A stretch of 64,000 nucleotides of DNA from Convolutriloba macropyga (Eukaryota), in assembly GCF_964194025.1 (NCBI RefSeq), contig NC_134480.1, forward strand, positions 16,058,001 through 16,122,000. Direction: 5' to 3'. The notes below the pieces were generated by a model. It was not told the origin of the DNA, did no database searches, and was given only the letters and a program-made list of their open reading frames with translations. Below, one piece after another: positions 13,400 through 26,399 of this stretch (within the stretch, counting starts at the first letter, position 1; every line of letters starts with the position of its first letter). Made by a program: the position numbers and the translations under genes.

Positions 13400-14760
13400 C
13401 GCAAAGTTCTGATAAATAGCTAAAACAATGGCATTAACTACTCCTTTTGATAAAAATGATGTCAATGACTATGGAAACTACCACGATTTCATAACTACCA
13501 AAATTAGCAAAAGTGTTTCAACGTATTATTTAAAACAGAATTATTGATTAATTTGAATATTTTGAGTTGCTCAATCCTTTTCCGTTTGGTTTTAGGTAAA
13601 AATTGAATACTACAGATGTCGCTCAATGGTTAGTTGGAGAGCTAAGAAATAGAAGAAAATTAAACAAATCTCGTGGTTTTACTTTAAAAAGCTAAAGAAA
13701 GCAATTGATATCGTTGATCACTTTATTCAATTAGCAAAACCCGAGAACTACGGAATTAGAGGATGTGACTATTGCCTGTTAACAATTACTTGTCAGAGCT
13801 ATCAGTATATACAAATTGATAACACTATGAGCACAAAAAGCCAAGTTGAATGTGGATTCAGGGCTGTTTTGGGTTCACTCCTGTTTTTGATATATATCAA
13901 TGATCTTCCGCAAGCTGCTTTCAGTTAGTCAGTGACGCTCTTTACTGATGTTACAGCAATAGTTACAAAATCCACTTGCAGATAACAGGACTTCAGAAAG
14001 ATATCGAAAGAGTCTACCAGTGGATGAAATACCACAAAGTAATCCAATCCTGATGGCTACGAAATCTAAATTGCCTAGATTTAGCAGTGATAATAACGAC
14101 ATCTCACTGAAATTTTCCAATGAAATACTAAAATAAGTGGATTCCTGCAATTATTCAGGGATTTAAAGGATAACAAACTTTCTATCAGAGAACACATTGA
14201 GCATACACGGAAAAAGATCATTAAATTCTGCAGCATTTTCTATAAGGTGCGCGGTGCATTGGCAGTAAATTCTCTTATAAAATTTTTTCAACTGTATGTA
14301 CAACCAGTCTTGTCATTTGGGATTCTTATATGGTTGCGTGAAGAGAAGCAACCTCGATATTATTCACAAAAGGAAAAACGGTTTTATAGAATTGCTTTTC
14401 GTCAAGGTAATGTGAAAGCCTTTCGGATAAACTGGAGAAACTAAAAATTGCATCGGTTTTTGAATTACACATTACGAGTTGTACAAATGAGTGGTCAATA
14501 AAATAATCTTACAAGGTCAAAGGTTATATTTAACTAGAACAAACAACACGGAATCAACTCCCTTCCATTAATCAAATGCAAAGCGAAACAGCTCTCGTTA
14601 GAATCTAGGACAAAATGTCTTCGAAACTTGTTCAAATAACCAAACATATATTCCGACAGAGCTTTAAAAGTGAATATTGAAAAAAACGCGCATTAACACG
14701 AGTTCCGCGATAATTTCATAGTAGGGAACCATTAGCTTGGAAATATTATTTTTCAATAAA
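13400..14760 (+). mobile_element. Decayed LINE RT fragment
   Basis: Frameshifted remnants of PKLAKVFQR, KKAIDIVDH, VLGSLLFLIYINDLP and DNFIVGN. Confidence 0.8.
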
Positions 14761-17474
14761 GACTAAACAACGGAAAATGAAATTGCCTCATACTACTCAT
14801 TTTTGAACTTTACTTAGATTACTCATCCTCAAAAGCGCTGTGAGGTGTCACTCACGGGCTTTGGTCTGTCCTCGACTGCAGCGCTCAAATAATCATTTTA
14901 GGTTAACCTGTTTTTTCGGTTTAAATTTTGGTTTATTTTCTTCATCTTCGCCCACGTAATGTTTAGTATTTTGTCCAATTTTCATGCTATTGAAACTTGA
15001 ATTAAATGCACTTAGGCTACCTTTAACAAGCCTTCAGCCGGCTAGTCCAGTCTTGACCCTGTATATCCATTTTAATGTCAATTTTTGTAATTTCAATTGT
15101 TCAATACGAACTCAATTACATAAATGCGCTTTTTCAGCTGAAATAGTACGACTAGTTTAAACTTCATAAACCCATATTTCCAACAAATCGAAACCAAAAT
15201 ACTTGACATCAGTCGTGTTATTATTTGAACTTGACATGATATAAAATGGCGATCTGAACTGCAAAGCAAAGAGAAGCTTTGAAGAGCAGTTTTTGTAAAG
15301 ATGCAGTCTTCTCAACTTGAAAAGTTGTCTGAATCCTGGGCGGATAGCGAAGTAAGAACAAAAACCAAAGTTGGTTCTTAAAAGCAGGGAAAAACTACTA
15401 CAAAATGAATTGACCTAATCAATTCATCATATGTCTTCGAATGCATTATTAAGTTTGAAGGCAAACACCAAAAAAATGAACTCAAGCTGAACAATAAATT
15501 CACCATTTCTCTTCAACAGTAAGTGCAGCTTTAATATCAAGAAAACAAAAAATATTCAGTGAACGATTGCCCAATTTTTCAACCAATGCTGTCAAAAAGT
15601 GTGAATAGCAAGGACATTCACAAAACTTCTCAACAAAATGAAACAAAAATATTGCACAAACAGTTGCAATTTGAATAATATTTTAAAAACAAAAGAAATG
15701 TACTTTTAAATTATACTAAAGAACAAAACACTAACAGAAAACAATCTCAGATTGCCTACAGGGTTGACAAGGTTGACAAACAGTTTCTATGCCACTGGGT
15801 TGCAAACCAATCGAAGGTAATGTGACATTAAGCAATGATGAGATTAATTCCAATACCCAACTCAGACTTACTTGGAACTCGACTATTTAACTGCTTCCCA
15901 AGACGGGTATGTCACGGACGAAATTCAGTAAAAAATGAAAGAATTAACAAACGAGATGCTGATTTGAAGTGAGTATGACATCAAATGTTCACCCAGGAAA
16001 GTCAACGAAGAAATGAAAACCATAGCAAGACAATCCATTCCTCAACTAAAATTCAAAAAAATGTTAACTAAACAAAATACTAAACCTAGAAATTGCCCAG
16101 AAAGGATTTGAAAGCCATTTAGAAGATAATAAAAACTCGCAAGAACAGTGAAAAAGAACGCAAACGGTCTAATTGTTGCACATGAAAAAAATTCGACTAT
16201 CAAGGAAGTGAATTTTTGTTGAACCGTTTCTCACCCAAAGTGAGAAAACTCTATGCCCCCAAAAAAATTGTTTTCGCTCCACTTATTTCGGCGCAGACAA
16301 AATCAAACTACAATTTGACCTCAGAATCCATCAAAATGTATGCGCAACCTTTTGACCGAACCCAAAAAAACCCTAAATTGCCACGAGCAAACAAGTAAAA
16401 TCATTTTTTCATACCGTGAAAATACAGTGAAAACAGAAGTAAAATGATTTTTTTTTCATACAATAGAAGTACACATACGAACGAAAAACTTTGTTTAATG
16501 TCATTGAGACTATGAAAGTTTTCACAAAATATTATGCGAGCAATGAGAAGTTAAAAATCCAAAAGGAGGAAAACAAGGTAAGAAAATTAAAAATATTACA
16601 TTTTTCTTTATCTTTTGTCATATTTTTAACAAGAGAAATCCTTTGAAGCAACAAAATTTAATGGATTGATTGAAAATGTCTGTGAAAATTTCTAAGCAGG
16701 TCCCAATATACGCAAAAGCAATGAACGGAACGAAAATCGTTACAATAGTAAAAATTAGAAATTGAAAACCTTCAAAATAGCGTTATACTATCTTTAAATG
16801 CCAAAAACATCAAAACCAGTAAATTTACAAGAGTATAATAAGTCTTTGAACAAAAAACAAAAAAAAACAAGAGAAGCTGGAAAAATCTGCACGTGAAAAA
16901 AATTTGTTTGCTTAGAGGAATGTTTTGCACCTGTTTTCGCTTTTTTGTACCTTTTCCCGAAAATATCAGTGTGCGCAAAAATTGGAGCTTAATAATTGGA
17001 GAAAAACCTTCACATCGCCACAACATTTGTTTTCGTATTAACTCATGTTTCGGCGAGATCAATGGACGACTTCAATTTGACATCAAAAATGTGTGAACAG
17101 ATCAGCAAAAACTGCATGAATGAAGGCATGAATTACCATTCGAAAATGTTCATTGACAAAATCCTAAAAGAGCCCCTATATTGGCGAGGAATGAACTTTA
17201 AAAACCATTTGGTAAAAAAAACAGTGAAAACAGAAATCAAATTACCGCCAATCCAAATAGCTTTCTCATTGACAGCAAAAAGTAAGAAAAGGATGAGTGA
17301 ATAGATCATAAAAAGAGGAAGAATCCCAGAGACGAAGAGTCCTATCCAAAGTGTCCTCATCCCATAAGACACTCACTATTACAATAACTGGTATTTTCTG
17401 GACCAACTCATGAAAATCGAAAAAAACAAGATGAAATCAACACTAAAAAATTAGCCAAAATTTGATTTAAAATA

Positions 17475-20030
17475 TAACAAGGAGGCTCATTCACGTGCGT
17501 TCGCACATGAAGTTCCGACCCGAGCTGATCTACATTTTTGACTTAATAGTCAACCAAATGAAGAGATAACCAAAAATCGATGAAAAACGTTTCACAATCA
17601 AACTACTAATTGAAATACATAATACCATGCCTCATTACAGCGCTCAAAAGATCTGCCAGTAAGAAGACTACGAGAAAAAAAAAACGAAATAAGCAAAAAT
17701 GAAAATTTAACGGTAAAAATTCAATATCTAAATAAGAAAGCACCTACTAAACAACGTCAAAATGCAATCAGATAAAATCTTAACTGCAAAAATTTTCTAT
17801 TGTCTTAAGTACATAGCAGATGAGACGTTTCCTTAATCACAAGGAAAAAGTAAAAAATAATGAGGCGAAATTCAAAAATTTCTTAAACCAAATAATGTCA
17901 AACGTCTTAAAAATCATTAGCTTTTAACAAAATAATTATCGAGAAACTGACTAAAAAGTCATTATCAAACTGATAGGACCTGTTTTTGGTTAGACTAAGC
18001 CATACAAACGGACTAAAGATGCAGAAAATCTCAAGAAATCACAAACAATTGCAAAATTACTGAAGCCATTAAAATCATTAGCTGTTATCTAAATATTGTT
18101 TTTTATTTCAATTTTTATCTATACTAATTGAGCTAAAATCAAACTGAACGATTAAATAAGTTCACGCGGGCCTCATTTGAAAACATTGCGCTCTGTTATT
18201 ATGCGAATACGGTAAAAAAAGAGAAAAAAAAACAAATATTGACCACAAACAAAACATTATGAAATCTCATATTGTCCCACAAACAAAACATAAGTTACGA
18301 CATAAAATTAATAGAAAGTTTACTTTTTGATATACAAGAAGTTGGATTGTATCTCTCAATGATGAGAAAAAGTTACAAGTTGACGAAAAGAAAAACAAAA
18401 AATATACAAAAACTATGCAAATAACAAAAACGAAAAATTTAAAAATTGAAAACGAATAATATCAAACTTTTACACCATTTGCTATGACTTGACTGCATAG
18501 AAAAACATCCTCCATTCAATCCTCAATTAGAAGCTTATGAGACCTCTCAGCATTTTACGACTACATAAAGAAAAAACAGGAAAAAGAGCAAATTCTAAAA
18601 AAATGAAAAAAAAGTATAAAAGCCATTAAAAAAGAATTTTTTAGTACAAACGTTTCTTTTGTCAATAAAATTGTTAACAACAATACCATTCTTATTTCTT
18701 TAACTATCAGAATTCAAAAAATAAACAAATTTGAGCAGATATTTTAAAACCATGAAATCTTGAGAAAACCCGTATTATCAACATTTAACTTAATAGCCTT
18801 CAACGGAAGTGATTAAATAAGCTACGTTATGCCTCAATGGGACGAGAATGCTGTTTGTCGTTGACCAGTCATCAATAAGACATCAGAATAAGTTTTATGA
18901 ATATGAAAACAATAACAATTACAAGCAAAAACTTATTTGAAAAGTGGGAGAAGAAAGTGTAGAAGCCATTTAGCCAACAAGCTTTTCTATGAAAACTTTA
19001 TCCATGAATCTTTAAATGTCTTCTCTGGGCTAAGGGGATTTATCAATATTAGGATAATGTGATAAGATTCGAATAGGAAACAAAATTATGAAGAAAAAAA
19101 ATCCAAAAATTAAAAAAATTATATGAAAACTCGTCGCTTCGAAGCCATAAAACCAATAATTGAAGATAAAACTAAAACACGGGGATCCTGTCATTACTGA
19201 GACTGAGTAGGAGTTCGCAAAAATAAGTTTAAGATCAGCTAACGTTCAGAAATTTTTTCAAAAAATTGTTTTTAAACAACCATTAGCTCTATCTTAACCT
19301 CTCTTAACACTCAAAGCACTAGATAGGTTCATTTAATGCTCATTGAGAACACTATTGCACTTTTAGTCAACGTGTCTATCGCATAGGATCTCAAAAATTT
19401 AAAAAATATCCAAAAAGAAAATCAAAATTTCATTAAAAATTACGAACACTCAAGAGTCGAAGCCAAAAAAATATGAGCGATTCCTTGAAAGCTAATTTTC
19501 TGTTCATTGGCATCATTGGACTGTAGATGAGGTTTCTCATTAACGGATCCTTGAAATGAAAGGTGACTATTCTCTTAGTGACTTTAAAAACAAAAAAAAA
19601 TGAAAAATTTTTCGAAAAAAAAACAGCTCTCAAATAGAATTCGAATTTTTCTGATATTAAATTTCCCTAGCAGACCAGAACTAGTTTTTTTTTCATCTCC
19701 GTTCGTCTATTGATGCATTTTGTAGCGTGAAAGGTAATTATGAATTAGGTTTATTCTAGAAAATATGTTAATTCGAACAAAAATTACGCTAAAAGTGAAC
19801 AAAAGTGAACCAAATATCCCGTGTTCACATGAAATTTTAAACCCCGATAACTACTCGATAAAAGCGAAATTCAAAAAAATCTTTTCAATTTCGAATTCTA
19901 CGCTGGACGAGCTTTCTAACGATACCACTCACATTTTTCTACGATGAATATATCGATCGGCCAAAATTGTCTGAACAAAAAACCCATTTGAGTATATAGT
20001 TCCTCCCCCCCACAAATGGGGTCGGAACAA
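17475..20030 (-). mobile_element. HINE-like family C (~2.6 kb)
   Basis: Hairpin ttcacgtgcg-tt-cgcacatgaa followed by sub-TIR gttccgaccc (17512); inverted gggtcggaac at 20019 preceded by partial IR gttcc. Homologous to 56060..59136. Confidence 0.75.
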
Positions 20031-20185
20031 TAATAAGCGTCAAAAGCAATCGCCAGGAGATTAAAAGACCAAAATATATCGCGGAATCATTTCGATCAAA
20101 GGCATCAAAGCTACTCTGCGTATCTAAGTCAAAAAGAGGATTGCAAATAATACATTAATTCAACCCGATACGGGTATCAACTAAT

Positions 20186-21010
20186 TTAAGAGATATACTT
20201 CTCTACAAAAGATGAGAAGTTTTCTGCAACAGAATAATTTCCATAATTAAAATGTTCATTTGTTAAATAATCAGCATCCGATGGTCGAAATTTTCCCGTT
20301 CTGACTAAAACACCATGACCAACACCTGCTTTCAAAGCTCCGCCAATATCGTCTTTAACATCGTCGCCAATCATCACGCATTCTGATAGTTTAACACCCA
20401 AAATTTCGGCAGCTTGGTCGAAAAAACTCTGCGAAGGTTTCCCGATTACGGTTGCTTTTTTGCCAGTTCCAAATTCCAGCGCCTCAACAAACGGACCAGG
20501 TCCCAAAGCCAGACCCTCCGACGTTTCGTGGTATCTTCCTTTGTTCATTGCAATCAATTCGGCACCTTCGGTATTCAAAATTTTGAAAGCATAGTTCATA
20601 TTCTCGTAGGTGAACAACTTAGGGGCAAGGCCGACCAGAACACGTTTTTGTGAGCCATCTTTGCAATCGTTAATCAGATTTTTGGGCAATTCACTTAAAG
20701 ACGACTCTGTAACTAGAGGATAAATTGTATTATCATTATTCTTCTCAAGATAATTATTTGCAGCTGTAAGTGACGTGAAAATATGATTGATGTTCACAGT
20801 TTCTTCATCGAATCCAACCCGCTTCAAACGTTCTAGAATCTTCTGACAGGATTCCTTGCTGGTATTTGAGACAAATAGGTACGGGATTTTGTTCGATTTC
20901 AGGAGTCTTACAGCTTCGACTGCAGAATGCGTGGGTGCATCTTCAATGTGAACAGTTCCACTGAGGTCAATAAGAAATGCTTGAAAGTTCCTCATTGTAA
21001 GAGCACACAT
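20186..21010 (-). CDS. HDHD2: Haloacid dehalogenase-like hydrolase domain-containing protein 2 (HAD IIA), single exon; true start may be Met at 20995
   Basis: Motif I FLIDLSGTVHIED (HDHD2-type DLSGT), motif II VSNTS, GLALGPGPFVEALE, GKPS and motif IV MIGDDVKDDIGGA..LVRTGKFR. Full-length 274-aa ORF. Confidence 0.92.
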   Translation of the reverse strand: MCALTMRNFQAFLIDLSGTVHIEDAPTHSAVEAVRLLKSNKIPYLFVSNTSKESCQKILERLKRVGFDEETVNINHIFTSLTAANNYLEKNNDNTIYPLVTESSLSELPKNLINDCKDGSQKRVLVGLAPKLFTYENMNYAFKILNTEGAELIAMNKGRYHETSEGLALGPGPFVEALEFGTGKKATVIGKPSQSFFDQAAEILGVKLSECVMIGDDVKDDIGGALKAGVGHGVLVRTGKFRPSDADYLTNEHFNYGNYSVAENFSSFVEKYIS

Positions 21011-22551
21011 TAAACCATTTCGCTCGTCTTAAACACATTAAAGTGATATCAGATATGAAACACAAACGTTAGTTCAGAGAGGATATCGATCAAGATAGCA
21101 GTGAATGAAAGTTGTATATACTTTGATAATTTTGGTATATTTGGTATTTTGTTAAAAATTGAAGCTTGGCCAATATTGCTTCATGAGTTAATTAATTATT
21201 CTGACACCATAGGGAGGGAGGAGGTACATGTTATGTTCACGTGGACTTCTTAAGCAATCAATTTCCACCAACCAATATAATTATCGTACAAAGTTGCAAC
21301 AGGTACCATTAGGAAGCCAACAGTCTGTAGCGTATTTCAATTTGGGTCCATAATTAGCCAAAAAGGTCTAACAGCCTTAAAATACTCCATCAATGAAAAC
21401 TTACGCAAAACTTGTTGCATTGAAAAGCAAGTGATATTTAGAGTCTTGTAAAGTTGACCACTTTGGGCGCCAAAACAGTTGTATTGGCAAGGCAATTTTT
21501 AAAAAAATTTAACAAAAACTTAAGACAAATTTTAAATACAAAATGGTTTCAATAAGCACATTAAGCGTAGCTTATCCCAATTGGAGGATGTACAAATCTT
21601 CAAATGTTCAAAGGAATTACCTGGATTTGATTAAAAATTAATTCGGTCAAATTTTACTTACTGCGGCTCCAATTTTAAAATTTACTTACTGCGGCAATTC
21701 TTTTTAAGCAAAAGCTGTTTCAATTTTTTTTTTTCAATCTCATAGCTGAAGAAATTGATGTTAAGCTTCCAGGCTTCATCGAGTTTCTTATTCTGAAAAC
21801 ATTAACCAGCTCAGACTTATTAAAAGATTTAGCAGTTTCACAAGTTTCAGCAAGTTTCTGAAGACGAAAAAATATATGCATTTGAGCACCTCTTAATTCA
21901 AAATTTTGCCCCAAAATTTGTTCAATACTAATTTCTAAGAAATCGTTTCTCGCATCTTCAAAGACGAAATAAAATTAAAATGTTACATTAATACTGACCA
22001 ATTTTTCAAACTAATCATTCTTATGACACATCGGATATAATTGACAAAAAGCTGATCAGAAATAAAGGTTTATAAAAAAGAGAAACTAAAATGCCCCTTG
22101 AAAATAATTACTGTGTTTCTGTTCAGAACGCAAAATTTTAGACAATAAAAACAACACTCAGAAGATATTTGTTTTAATGAACTTTCGTTCTTATTGTTCA
22201 ACCTTTTTGCCACCAGGGCAACCACATTTTAACTGAGTCACTACAATATTAAAACAAATGTTGTTTATAACAAAAGTTTATGGGCACGAATTACTTGCTT
22301 GAAAGCATGTGAAAACATTGGACAAAGTAATCAAAACTTCTACGAGGAATGATCAATTTCTAGATAAAGTCTTCTAACAAAATTTGGTTGTTTATCAATA
22401 AAGTTTTCTTTCTGACCTCACTTTTCTTGATCAGCATAAAATGAAACTGAATAATAGCAATAATTTTGTCATTGTGCTTTAAAGAAGCAGTTTTGGAGCC
22501 AACTCAAATTTTATTGTTTAACTTACAGTAACAAACTAATAAAAACAAACA

Positions 22552-22737
22552 TAACCGATTAAAATAGGGCAAATTATTTTCATACGACTGGCGAGCAGTT
22601 GGCTCCGCCATTAGGTAGCTGCGTTTTTGATTTTAAAAAAGTCAAGGGGTTAGACGACAAATCGGTCAAGCGAAAAATTGTGTAAAAAGACCGCAGATTT
22701 ATTATAAATGCTACAAACTTGGATTGAGAGCAATTAA
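22552..22737 (-). mobile_element. HINE-like family A, short deleted copy
   Basis: taaccgatt..gcgagcagttggctccg joined to gtcaagcgaaaaattg..ctacaaacttggattgagagcaattaa. Confidence 0.75.
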
Positions 22738-23380
22738 TAATTGGGGGATATAAGAAGTACGTTTTCGGCGATCCAATTGTTTATCCTCGGTGTATTCCAC
22801 TCAGAGGAGAAGGAATCAAGGAAAATATGTAATGTGTCTTTACAGCAAAGAACTCCAGAATCGTTTTCAATTTAATTGTACGTTTTGTCTATACAGCAAT
22901 TCCAATACAAAATATGAACATTCAAAAAACATTTCATCATTCACACAAGAAGTAGACACCGGAGGACTGTAGTTATTCGTATACTTTGGAACTTCAAGAA
23001 ATGGCAGTCTCTATTTTTTTACATAAGGATAATCTTTGTTTTTTTTTCCCTCAAAAGTTTATATTAATAGCTTATACATGGCACAAAATCAACGATTAGT
23101 TCGATATTCGGATTAAGCTTAATGCCGTATCGGACGAATCGCCGAGAAGGAGGATTCACTATGGGGCCGAGATTGATTTTAGCAAATCTAAGACCTAAGA
23201 GTACCCGCAGAATTTAAAAGCAGGGCGGCCTGTGCGAGATTGGGTAAAGCGCATAAAGCCACCTCTTAAGATTTTCGCTCTCAAAAAAAATGTTTTACTT
23301 GAGAGAAATCAATTCCATCAGCACAGTTTTCATTATCCAAAAAAAATTTGAAGCAGCTACTTTAGAAGATTGTAGAGTAA

Positions 23381-23441
23381 AAAAACTCCATAGAATTCTT
23401 TAAAAGTTTTTGTGCCTTTTAAAGAATTCTATGGAGTTTTT
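23381..23441. repeat. Perfect 26-bp stem with a 9-nt loop
   Basis: aaaaactccatagaattctttaaaag-tttttgtgc-cttttaaagaattctatggagttttt. Confidence 0.95.
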
Positions 23442-23749
23442 GGTATTGGTTTGATAGTTTAAGGCATCTAAATGAACCTCAAAATTTAGGCTGATTGAAA
23501 GTTTTCCATGCACTGATGACGAACTTTACCTCAATGCCGTTTACACCTACCTCGGCATTGTAATCATAATTAGTTCATTCAATCAACAGATCAAATGAGA
23601 GATGAAAAATTGATCAATAAGTAAAATAGTAACATTCTGAGCTTGAAGAAACCTACTGGAGGCCAATATCTTTCTTATTTCTTGGAGTCCGAATTTTGAG
23701 AACGCAATGTTGAAGCATGTTGAGAACGCAATATTTATTTGAAGCATTA

Positions 23750-24400
23750 AAATTCTTTATTCAAAGCGGAACAACCTCAGGAGCAACGATAGCGCACTAG
23801 ACACTTTGGTGGACTTCACATAGACTAAAACTCAACCGAAAAAATCCTTTTTGGATGTAAAGAAAGCGTTTGACACTATTGAACATAGCATTACTTCATA
23901 AAAACAAAAACGTATAGGCATTCCAGATCAAGCAGAAACTTGGTCCAATTCCTATCTTGAAACACCTAAACAAGTTTTTGTTAATGGAACAACATCAACT
24001 TCAAACAAAATGTGGAGTTGCTCAGAGCTCAACTCAAGGGCCCATTCTTTTTCTAATATAAATTAATGATTTGCCTCAAGGATGTGAACATCTTAATGTT
24101 TGCGGACGACACAAATTTAAAAACTAGTGATTGCGAAAAGACTGAAATTGAAACGATCTCCTCAATCTAAGTTTCTGGTTAATGGCAAATAAATTGATTA
24201 TTAACCATGACGAAAAAATTCAATTTAGCCTCGAACCAACAATTGAGATGGTCTATATATAGACCATCTCAATTGTATATAGATTAGTCAGTCTGTAAAT
24301 ACTTTAGTGTATTTGCGGACACTAATCTACGTTTTCTAGTAACATTCATTTAGTTAAATCCCCGTAAAGAACTTGTTAATTACTATATGAGTAACACAAA
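23750..24400 (+). mobile_element. Decayed LINE RT fragment
   Basis: LDVKKAFDTIEH (~23850), CGVAQSSTQGPILFLI*INDLP and FADDTN (~24100). Confidence 0.85.
24239..24276. repeat. Perfect spacerless 38-bp palindrome inside a decayed LINE
   Basis: acaattgagatggtctata|tatagaccatctcaattgt. Confidence 0.95.
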
Positions 24401-26399
24401 TTATTCAATGCAAAGTTTTTGTTGATGGCTGTACTAATTACTCGTCAGTGGTAGCAAAGCCAAGTTTACAGAGAGATACTGAGATTAATCTACTCAAACA
24501 AGCAAGCAGAGTCGTCTGAGGATCTTTTTGTTTTAAATAACTAACTCTCTGCTTTTGAATTTCGCATATGAGATCTTAAAGCATGTAGTGATATCCTTAA
24601 ACAAATTACACAGCCAAGATTTTTTAAAATTATTTATCCAAGTGGTCAATATCAAATCGCTGAACTCGAAAGTTTGTTTTTCAATTGTTTTAGAAACCAG
24701 CATTCGGAACCAAGCCGTTAAAGGCAATCCATCATATATAGATGCGCGCGATTCTTTGATGCTATTCGATTGAATGAAATTGTCCCAGCTAACATTCACA
24801 AATCTGCAGAAAAAAAATCATAAGCAATTCTTATCACTCATTCAGGTTCATATTCTTACTAGACAATAAGCAGTTCGCGAAGAAAGTATTGGTCTCTAAT
24901 AGAGTGAAGGGTTACAGGTAATCAAATAGTTTGCATAGAACACAGCGAGCTCAGAAACAAAGGGCTAAATAAATTGTTTTTAAAATACTTTTTTTACGAC
25001 TATGCGACTTTTGTTATATGAATTATGGACCAATTTGAAGTTAATCACTTGATCCCACCTTTCTTTCTTCTCCGTGTTCATTATGAAAGACATTGGCTTT
25101 TCTGGAGGAAACAAATTTTTGTTTCAGTCTTTCGGTGGGAAAAAGTACTTCTTAAACTTTCAAATCGGTAACCATGTATTAATAGAGGGGGAGACAAGAA
25201 GCAACAGTGCAAGATCAATTGAGAAAACACCGCTTAAAATTCGGAAATTGAGAAATCATTAATGTAGGTGATTTGTACGATTGATAAAAATGCGGTTAAG
25301 GTTAAAATGTAAACTAAAATCACAGTAAAAACAGAGTATCAAGGTATAAAATTAGACAACTAGAAAATTATCATGGCCATACTTGAATTTTACGTGCTGA
25401 TCTTTAAAATGAAACCGTTGAATGATTTGCATGATCAAATTTGAAAACTTACGAGCACAAAAAAGTCATTAATCTTTTTTGCATTAAGAGGCTGTTGTGA
25501 CAATTCGAACAAAACACATATCACCTGAAACGGAGGGGGAAATTCCATAGTTGGTGAGTTAGTGAACCATCGAATTTTCATAAGAATTTTGCCAATATTC
25601 TACTTGGACTGAGAAAGATTTTGCGCCTTTACGCTTTAGTTTGCAATTTTGAAAGAAACATGACACGCTATTTGAGAATGGGAGTTTCTATTTTTTTCCC
25701 TTAATGCTTGAAAATTCAAGAATGAAGGTACTTTAATTTGGTTGATGATAATCATGATTGAATCGAAGTGAATTTGTTTATCAGCAACAGTAAAAGCTCA
25801 ATATAAAATTATACCGCCTGGATGGAAAACCCAAATATCTTTAAAGCTAATCTGTTGAGTTTCCTGCAGTGATGACGCAGAAAAAGACTATTGACGATTA
25901 TATAGAAAAGGACTATAGACGTTTAAAACTCCCATATAGCATTTTTTTAGAGAAAAACTTTTAAATGACATGGTATTATCGACACAATATAAGTCAACAA
26001 AGATTTTAATGTATCTCTTTGATTGGAAGATTGATGCTCCGAACAGAGTTATAAGCAATTGCAAGACATCTTTTAAACTATTTTTGACCTTCTCTCAAGA
26101 ACTAGCTAGGTACAAGCAGTAGTCCCCTCGACTCGAATAGTTCCTGATGTGATGACAGTTTTCTAGAAAGTCTAATACAGAAACGCCACACGGATATTAT
26201 TTCAAAGTTTTGATCAAACATGCAATTAAAAAGTTCGGTTATGCAAAATTCAGACGTTTTTTATTTTTACTTGGTCATAATGTCACCAATGCTGTCGTAT
26301 TTCCTATTAAAGAGAATGAATCTAAAAGTTTTGCCTGTAGTAAAAACATTGCCTTCAAATTTGAATTAGGTGCACTTCCACGGATTAATAATCCACAAT

